Positions 55,501 through 64,000 of a stretch of DNA of 64,000 nt are shown piece after piece. The notes below the pieces were generated by a model. That model searched no databases and was not told the DNA's origin. It saw only the letters and a program-made list of their open reading frames with translations. The stretch's first letter is position 1, and each line of letters begins with the position of its first letter. The stretch is taken from NCBI RefSeq assembly GCF_009914755.1, contig NC_060939.1, one strand, 5' to 3'. The stretch is from the human T2T-CHM13v2.0 reference genome, Homo sapiens. The position numbers were made by a program, and so were the translations under genes.

Positions 55501-58500
55501 AACTTTAGTCTAGGCTCTGGCTACACGGCATTGTGACATATCACTGCACTGATCAACCAGGTGATATAACTCTTGTATAGGCTCTGCCTACAGGGGGATT
55601 GTGACCTACCTCTGCACTGATCACCCAGGTGACATAACTCTTCTCTAGGATCTGCCTACAGGGTACTTTGTGACATATCCCTGCACTGATCACCCAGGTG
55701 ATCTAACTCTGGTCTAAGCTCTGCCTAAAGGGGCATTGTGACAGATCTCTGCACTGATCACTCTGGTGATGTAAGTATTGTCTATGCTCTGCTTCAAGGG
55801 GCCTTGTCACATATCTCTGCACTGATCACCCAGGTGATGTAACTCTTCTCTAGGCTCTGCTTCCAGGGCATATTGTGACATATCTATGCACTGATCACCT
55901 TAGTGATGTAACACTTTGGTAGGCTCGGCCTACAGGGGAATCTTGACATATCTCTGCACTGTTAACCGAGGTGATTTAACTCTTGTCTAGGCTCTGCCCA
56001 CAGGGGGATTGAGACGTATCTCTGCACTGATCCCGAGGTGATACAACTCTTGCCTGGTCTCTGCCTACTGTGGACATTGTGACATATCTCTGCACTGATG
56101 TCCCATGTGCTGTAACTTTAGTCTAGGCTCTGGCTACATGGCATTGTGACATATCACTGCACTGATCAACCAGGTGATATAACTCTTGTATAGACTCTGC
56201 CTACAGGGGGATTGTGACCTACCTCTGCACTGATCACCCAGGTGATATAACTCTTCTCTAGGATCTGCCTACAGGGTACTTTGTGACACATCCCTGCACT
56301 GATCACCCAGGTGATCTAACTCTGGTCTAAGCTCTGCCTAAAGGGGCATTGTGACAGATCTCTGCACTGATCAGTCTGGTGATGTAAGTATTGTCTAGGC
56401 TCTGCTTCAAGGGGCCTTGTCACATATCTCTGCACTGATCACCCAGGTGATGTAACTCTTGTCTATGCTCTGCTTTCAGGGCATATTGTGATATATCTAT
56501 GCACTGATCACCTTAGTGATGTAACACTTTGGTAAGCTCGGCCTACAGGGGAATCTTGACATATCTCTGCACTGTTAACCGAGGTGATTTAACTCTTGAC
56601 TAGGCTGTGCCCACAGGGGGATTGAGACATATCTCTGCACTGATCCCGAGGTGATACAACTCTTGCCTGGTCTCTGCCTAGTGTGGACATTGTGACATAT
56701 CTCTGAACTGATCTCCCAGGTGCTGTAACTTTAGTCTGGGCTCCGGCTACACGGCATTGTGACATATCACTGCACTGATCACCCAGGCGATATAACTCTT
56801 CTCTAGGATCTGACCACAGGGTGCTTTGTGACATATCCCTGCAATGATCACCCAGGTGATATACCACTTGCCAAGGCTCTGCCTACAGGGGCATTGCAAT
56901 GTATCTCTGCACTGATCACCTAGGTCTTGTAGCTCTTTTCTAGGATCTGCCTACAGGGTGCTTTGTGACGTGTCCCAGCAAGGATTACCCAGGTGATGTA
57001 CCTCTCATCAAGGCTCTGCCTACAGGCACATTGTGATGTATCTCTGCACTGATCACCTCGGTCATGTAACTTTTTTCTAGGCTCTACCTATGATGGCATT
57101 GTGACATATCTCTGCACTAATCATCCAAGTGATGTAACTCTTGTCTAGGATGTGCCTAAATTAACTTTGTGACATAACCCTGTACTGATCATCCAGGTGA
57201 TGGAGCTTTTGTCTAGGCTCTGCCTAAGGGGGCATTGTGACATATTTCTGCATTGATCACCCAGGTGGCGAAGTCTTCTCTCGGATCTGTCTATGGGGGC
57301 ATTGTGAGAAATCTCTGCACTGATCACCCAGGTGATGTAACTGTTGTGTAACCTCTGCCTACAGGGGAATTGTGAGAGATCTCGTCACTGATTACCCAAG
57401 TGATGTAACCATTGTCTAGGCTTTGCGTACAGGGGGCTTTGTGACATACCTTTGCACTGATCACCCAGGTGATGTAACACATCTAAGTTCGGCCTAAAGG
57501 AGCTTTGTGACATATCTCTGCACTGATCAGTTAGGTGATGTAACACTTTCATAATCACTGCCTACAGGGAATTTTGACAAATCTCTGCACTGATCACCTA
57601 GGTGATGTAACTCTTGTCTACCCTCTGTCCAACGGGGCATTGTGAAATGTCTCTGCACTGATCACCCAGGTGATACAACTCTTGACTAGAAACTGCCTGC
57701 AGAGGTTATTGTGAAATATCTCTGCACTGATAAACTAGGTGGTGTAACCCTTGTCCAAGCTCTGCCTACAGGGGCGTTTCCACATATCCCTGAACTGATG
57801 ACAAAGGTGATGTAACTCTTGCCTAGGCTTTGCCTACAGGGAACATTGGACATATATCTGCACTGATCACCCAGGTGATGCAACTCTTGCCTAGGCTTTG
57901 CCTACAGGGGACATTGTGACATATCTCTTCAATGATCACTCACGTGATGCATCTCTTGCCTAGGCTTTGCCTACAGGGGACATTGTGACAAATCTCTGCA
58001 CTGATCTCCCACGTGCTGTAACTTTAGTCTAGGCTCTGGCTACACGGCATTGTGACATATCACTGCACTGATCAACCAGGTGATATAACTCTTGTATAGG
58101 CTCTGCCTACAGGGGGATTGTGACCTACCTCTGCACTGATCACCCAGGTGATATAACTCTTCTCTAGGATCTGCCTACAGGGTACTTTGTGACATATCCC
58201 TGCACTGATCACCCAGGTGATCTAACTCTGATCTAAGCTCTGCCTAAAGGGGCATTGTGACAGATCTCTGCACTGATCCCTCTGGTGATGTAAGTATTGT
58301 CTAGGCTCTGCTTCAAGGGGCCTTGTCACATATCTCTGCACTGATCACCCAGGTGATGTAACTCTTGTCTAGGCTCTGCTTCCAGGGCATATCGTGACAT
58401 ATGTATGCACTGATCACCTTAGTGATGTAACACTTTGGTAGGCTCGGCCTACAGGGGAATCTTGACATATCTCTGCACTGTTAACCGAGGTGATTTAACA

Positions 58501-59050
58501 CTTGTCTAGGCTGTGACCACAGGGGGATTGAGACATATCTCTGCACTGATCCCGAGGTGATACAACTCTTGCCTGGTCTCTGCATACTGTGGACGTTGTG
58601 ACAAATCTCTGCACTGATGTCCCAGGAGCTGTAACTTTAGTCTAGGCTCTGGCTACACGGCATTGTGACATATCACTGCACTGATCACCCAGGCGATATA
58701 ACTCTTCTCTAGGATCTGACCACAGGGTGCTTTGTGACATATCCCTGCAATGATCACCCAGGTGATATACCACTTGCCAAGGCTCTGCCTACAGGGGCAT
58801 TGCAATGTATCTCTGCACTGATCACCTAGGTCTTGTAGCTATTTTCTAGGATCTGCCTACAGGGTGCTTTGTGACGTGTCCCAGCAAGGATTACCCAGGT
58901 GATGTACCTCTCATCAAGGCTCTGCCTACAGGCACATTGTGATGTATCTCTGCACTGATCACCTCGGTCATGTAACTTTTTTCTAGGCTCTACCTACGAT
59001 GGCATTGTGACATATCTCTGCACTAATCATCCAAGTGATGTAACTCTTGT
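37544..59050. repeat. Homogeneous domain of 37-mer and 28-mer HORs with ~8.2-8.8 kb block periodicity (37,28,28,28,37,28,28,37,37,28)
   Basis: An offset of 8235 bp links 40062/48297, 41968/50203 and 43873/52108; 8848 bp links 45778/54626 and 48297/57145. Diagnostic SNVs are shared between the linked units. Confidence 0.88.
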
Positions 59051-62000
59051 CTAGGATGTGCCTAACTTAACTTTTTGACATAACCCTGTACTGATCATCC
59101 AGGTGATGGAGCTTTTGTCTAGGCTCTGCCTAAGGGGGCATTGTGACATATTTCTGCATTGATCACCCAGGTGGCGAACTCTTCTCTCGGATCTGCCTAT
59201 GGGGGCATTGTGAGAAATCTCTGCACTGATCACCCAGGTGATGTAACTGTTGTGTAACCTCTGCCTACAGGGGAATTGTGAGAGATCTCGTCACTGATTA
59301 CCCAAGTGATGTAACCAATGTCTAGGCTTTGCGTACAGGGGCTTTGTGACATACCTTTGCACTGATCACCCAGGTGATGTAACACATGTAAGTTTGGCCT
59401 AAAGGAGCTTTGTGACATATCTCTGCACTGATCACTTAGGTGATGTAACACTTTTATAATCACTGCCTACAGGGAATTTTGACAAATCTCTGCACTGATC
59501 ACCTAGGTGTTGTAACTCTTGTCTACCCTCTGTCCAACGGGGCATTGTGAAATATCTCTGCACTGATCACCGAGGTGATTCAACTCTTGACTAGGAACTG
59601 CCTACAGAGGTTATTGTGAAATATCTCTGCACTGATAAACTAGGGGGTGTAACCCTTGTCCAAGCTCTGCCTACAGGGTCGTTTCCACATATCCCTGAAC
59701 TGATGACAAAGGTGATGTAACTCTTGCCTAGGCTTTGCCTACAGGGAACATTGGACATATATCTGCACTGATCACCCAGGTGATGCAACTCTTGCTTAGG
59801 CTTTGCCTACAGGGGACATCGTGACATATCTCTTCAATGATCACTCATGTGATGCATCTCCTGCCTAGGCTTTGCCTACAGGGGACATTGTGACATATCT
59901 CTGCACTGATCTCCCAGGTGCTGTAACTTTAGTCTAGGCTCTGGCTACACGGCATTGTGACCTACCTCTGCACTGATCACCCAGGTGATATAACTCTTCT
60001 CTAGGATCTGCCTACAGGGTACTTTGTGACATATCCCTGCACTGATCACCCAGGTGATCTAACTCTGGTCTAAGCTCTGCCTAAAGGGGCATTGTGACAG
60101 ATCTCTGCACTGATCACTCTGGTGATGTAAGTATTGTCTAGGCTCTGCTTCAAGGGGCCTTGTCACATATCTCTGCACTGATCACCCAGGTGATGTAACT
60201 CTTGTCTAGGCTCTGCTTCCAGGGCATATTGTGACATATCTATGCACTGATCACCTTAGTGATGTAACACTTTGGTAGGCTCGGCCTACAGGGGAATCTT
60301 GACATATCTCTGCACTGTTAACCGAGGTGATTTAACTCTTGTCTAGGCTGTGCCCACAGGGGGATTGAGACATATCTCTGCACTGATCCCGAGGTGATAC
60401 AACTCTTGCCTGGTCTCTGCCTACTGTGGACATTGGGACATATCTCTGCACTGATCTCCCAGGTGCTGTAACTTTAGTCTAGGCTCTGGCTACACGGCAT
60501 TGTGACATATCACTGCACTGATCACCCAGGCGATATAACTATTCTCTAGGATCTGACCACAGGGTGCTTTGTGACATATCCCTGCAATGATCACCCAGGT
60601 GATATACCACTTGCCAAGGCTCTGCCTACAGGGGCATTGCAATGTATCTCTGCACTGATCACCTAGGTCTTGTAGCTATTTTCTAGGATCTGCCTACAGA
60701 GTGCTTTGTGACGTGTCCCAGCAAGGATTACCCAGGTGATGTACCTCTCATCAAGGCTCTGCCTACAGGCACATTGTGATGTATCTCTGCACTGATCACC
60801 TCGGTCATGTAACTTTTTTCTAGGCTCTACCTACGATGGCATTGTGACATATCTCTGCACTAATCATCCAAGTGATGTAACTCTTGTCTAGGATGTGCCT
60901 AACTTAACTTTTTGACATAACCCTGTACTGATCATCCAGGTGATGGAGCTTTTGTCTAGGCTCTGCCTAAGGGGGCATTGTGACATATTTCTGCATTGAT
61001 CACCCAGGTGGCGAACTCTTCTCTCGGATCTGCCTATGGGGGCATTGTGAGAAATCTCTGCACTGATCACCCAGGTGATGTAACTGTTGTGTAACCTCTG
61101 CCTACAGGGGAATTGTGAGAGATCTCGTCACTGATTACCCAAGTGATGTAACCAATGTCTAGGCTTTGCGTACAGGGGGCTTTGTTTCATACCTTTGCAC
61201 TGATCACCCAGGTGATGTAACACATCTAAGTTCGGCCTTAAGGAGCTTTGTGACATATCTCTGCACTGATCACTTAGGTGATGTAACACTTTTATAATCA
61301 CTGCCTACAGGGAATTTTGACAAATCTCTGCACTGATCACCTAGGTGATGTAACTCTTGTCTCCCCTCTGTCCAACGGGGCATTGTGAAATATCTCTGCA
61401 CTGATCACCCAGGTGATTCAACTCTTGACTAGGAACTGCCTACAGAGGTTATTGTGAAATATCTCTGCACTGATAAACTAGGGGGTGTAACACTTGTCCA
61501 AGCTCTGCCTACAGGGTCGTTTCCACATATCCCTGAACTGATGACAAAGGTGATGTAACTCTTGCCTAGGCTTTTCCTACAGGGAACATTGGACATATAT
61601 CTGCACTGATCACCCAGGTGATCTTACTCTGGTCTAAGCTCTGCCTAAAGGGGCATTGTGACAGATCTCTGCACTGATCACTCTGGTGATGTAAGTATTG
61701 TCTAGGCTCTGCTTCAAGGGGCCTTGTCACATATCTCTGCACTGATCACCCAGGTGATGTAACTCTTGTCTAGGCTCTGCTTCCAGGGCATATTGTGACA
61801 TATCTATGCACTGATCACCTTAGTGATGTAACACTTTGGTAGGCTCGGCCTACAGGGGAATCTTGACATATCTCTGCACTGTTAACCGAGGTGATTTAAC
61901 TCTTGTCTAGGCTGTGCCCACAGGGGGATTGAGACATATCTCTGCACTGATCCCGAGGTGATACAACTCTTGCCTGGTCTCTGCCTACTGTGGACATTGT

Positions 62001-64000
62001 GACATATCTCTGCACTGATCTCCCAGGTGCTGAAACTTTAGTCTAGGCACTGACTACACGGCATTGTGACATATCACTGCACTGAACACCCAGGCGATAT
62101 AACTCTTCTCTAGGATCTGACCACAGGGTGCTTTGTGACATATCCCTGCAATGATCACCCAGGTGATATACCACTTGCCATGGCTCTGCGTACAGGGGCA
62201 TTGCAATGTATCTCTGCACTGATCACCTAGGTCTTGTAGCTATTTTCTAGGATCTGCCTACAGTGTTCTTTGTGACGTGTCCCAGCAAGGATTACCCAGG
62301 TGATGTACCTCTCATCAAGGCTCTGCCTACAGGCACATTGTGATGTATCTCTGCACTGATCACCTCGGTCATGTAACTTTTTTCTAGGCTCTACCTACGA
62401 TGGCATTGTGACATATCTCTGCACTAATCATCCAAGTGATGTAACTCTTGTCTAGGATGTGCCTAACTTAACTTTTTGACATAACCCTGTACTGATCATC
62501 CAGGTGATGGAGCTTTTGTCTAGGCTCTGCCTAAGGGGGCATTGTGACATATTTCTGCATTGATCACCCAGGTGGCGAACTCTTCTCTCGGATCTGCCTA
62601 TGGGGGCATTGTGAGAAATCTCTGCACTGATCACCCAGGTGATGTAACTGTTGTGTAACCTCTGCCTACAGGGGAATTGTGAGAGATCTCGTCACTCATT
62701 ACCCAAGTGATGTAACCATTGCCTAGGCTTTGCGTACAGGGGGCTTTGTGACATACCTTTGCACTGATCACCCAGGTGATGTAACACATCTAAGTTCGGC
62801 CTAAAGGAGCTTTGTGACATATCTCTGCACTGATCACTTAGGTGATGTAACACTTTTATAATCACTGCCTACAGGGAATTTTGACAAATCTCTGCACTGA
62901 TCACCTAGGTGATGTAACTCTTGTCTACCCTCTGTCCAACGGGGCATTGTGAAATATCTCTGCACTGATCACCCAGGTGATTCAACTCTTGACTAGGAAC
63001 TGCCTACAGAGGTTATTGTGAATTATCTCTGCACTGATAAACTAGGTGGTGTAACCCTTGTCCAAGCTCTGCCTACAGGGGCGTTTCCACATATCCCTGA
63101 ACTGATGACAAAGGTGATGTAACTCTTGCCTAGGCTTTGCCTACAGGGAACATTGGACATATATCTGCACTGATCACCCAGGTGATGCAACTCTTGTCTA
63201 GGCTTTGCCTACAGGGGACATTGTGACATATCTCTTCAATGATCACTCATGTGATGCATCTCTTGCCTAGGCTTTGCCTACAGGGGACATTGTGACATAT
63301 CTCTGCACTGATCTCCCAGGTGCTGTAACATTAGTCTAGGCTCTGGCTACACGGCATTGTCACCTACCTCTGCACTGATCACCCAGGTGATATAACTCTT
63401 TTCTAGGATCTGCCTACAGGGTACTTTGTGACATATCCCTGCACTGATCACCCAGGTGATCTAACTCTGGTCTAAGCTCTGCCTAAAGGGGCATTGTGAC
63501 AGATCTCTGCACTGATCACTCTGGTGATGTAAGTATTGTCTAGGCTCTGCTTCAAGGGGCCTTGTCACATATCTCTGCACTGATCACCCAGGTGATGTAA
63601 CTCTTGTCTAGGCTCTGCTTCCAGGGCATATTGTGACATATCTATGCACTGATCACCTTAGTGATGTAACCCTTTGGTAGGCTCGGCCTACAGGGGAATC
63701 TTGACATATCTCTGCACTGTTAACCGAGGTGATTTAACTCTTGTCTAGGCTGTGCCCACAGGGGGATTGAGACATTCTCTGCACTGATCCCGAGGTGATA
63801 CAACTCTTGCCTTGTCTCTGCCTACTGTGGAAATTGTGACATATCTCTGCACTGATCTCCCAGGTGCTGTAACTTTACTCTAGGCTCTGGCTACACGGCA
63901 TTGTGACACATCACTGCACTGATCACCCAGGCGATATAACTTTTCTCTAGGATCTGAACACAGGGTGCTTTGTGACATATCCCTGCAATGATCACCCAGG
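50970..64000. repeat. Copy B of the 50,969-bp-offset duplicated segment (super-HOR)
   Basis: 50970 begins CATTGTGACATATCTCTTCAATGATCACTCATTTGATGCA like position 1. The HOR length series 2518, 2519, 1906, 1837, 1564 repeats, and the translated ORFs are the same. Confidence 0.95.
59051..64000. repeat. 27-mer, 23-mer and partial 27-mer HORs (repeat of 8082-13031)
   Basis: Spacings are 1837 and 1564, with the same fusion junctions at ~59960, ~61620 and ~63360. Confidence 0.92.

Larger units (their letters stand above)
1139..62451. repeat. Higher-order repeat organisation: basic 28-monomer HOR of 1905-1906 bp; 31 complete HOR units in this span
   Basis: The once-per-unit landmark CTAGGATGTG(C/T)CTAA lies at 1139, 3657, 6176, 8082, 9919, 11483, 13320, 14884, 16789, 18627, 20465, 22370, 24275, 26181, 28087, 29993, 31967, 33803, 35709, 37544, 40062, 41968, 43873, 45778, 48297, 50203, 52108, 54626, 57145, 59051, 60888 and 62452. 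Spacings are all near-integer multiples of 68, with mode 1905-1906. Twenty-eight distinguishable monomer types occur in fixed order. Confidence 0.95.
1..64000. repeat. Beta satellite (68-bp Sau3A/BSR-Beta) simple tandem array, about 940 monomers, all head-to-tail, continuing past both window ends
   Basis: Motifs GCCTACAGGGG-CATTGTGACATATCTCTGCACTGATCACCCAGGTGATGTAACTCTTGTCTAGG recur every 67-69 bp throughout, with GATC (Sau3A) in most monomers. This matches the primate beta satellite consensus as I recall it; no database search was run. Confidence 0.96.

Noticed and set aside
583-62634. Recurrent 60-137 aa minus-strand ORFs with Cys/His-rich words (HHLGDQCRDMSQ), superficially zinc-finger-like
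   Set aside because: They are translations of the 68-bp monomer. The period is not a multiple of 3, so frames shift, and ORFs appear or vanish with single SNVs. There is no C2H2 spacing or gene context.
1-64000. CRISPR-like array (conserved palindromic core alternating with variable ~35-bp segments)
   Set aside because: The variable parts are homologous to each other and recur in fixed HOR order rather than being unique spacers. There are no cas genes or leader, and the sequence is a primate satellite.
1-64000. LSau/D4Z4-DUX4-like composite elements, Alu/L1 insertions or strand inversions often associated with beta satellite
   Set aside because: No GC/CpG-rich segment, poly(A) tail or reversed monomers were seen, and all landmark spacings are explained by whole monomers.
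1-64000. Assignment to a specific chromosome or published HOR clone
   Set aside because: The 1.9-kb and 2.5-kb unit sizes are reminiscent of published beta satellite HOR sizes, but size alone is not diagnostic; alignment to T2T assemblies is required.

Overview
The whole 64 kb window is one uninterrupted, single-orientation tandem array of ~68-bp monomers (approximate consensus CTAGGCTCTGCCTACAGGGGCATTGTGACATATCTCTGCACTGATCACCCAGGTGATGTAACTCTTGT). I recognise it as hominoid/human beta satellite (68-bp Sau3A family, BSR/Beta). I see no credible genes, transposons, LSau/D4Z4 composite elements or inversions; the listed ORFs are by-products of the repeat. The interest lies in a nested architecture. 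(1) 68-bp monomer. (2) A 28-monomer higher-order repeat (HOR) of ~1,906 bp, with 23-, 27-, 29- and 37-mer variants whose breakpoints can be read from the sequence. (3) Multi-HOR blocks: a 3,401-bp 27+23 doublet and an ~8.2-8.8 kb four-HOR block. (4) A 50,969-bp super-period of 26 HORs (about 749 monomers), with 1-13031 recurring apparently unchanged at 50970-64000. Monomers are numbered m1-m28 by me, starting at the CTAGGATGTGCCTAA monomer. All comparisons were made by eye, not computed, and I cannot assign chromosome or species from the sequence alone.
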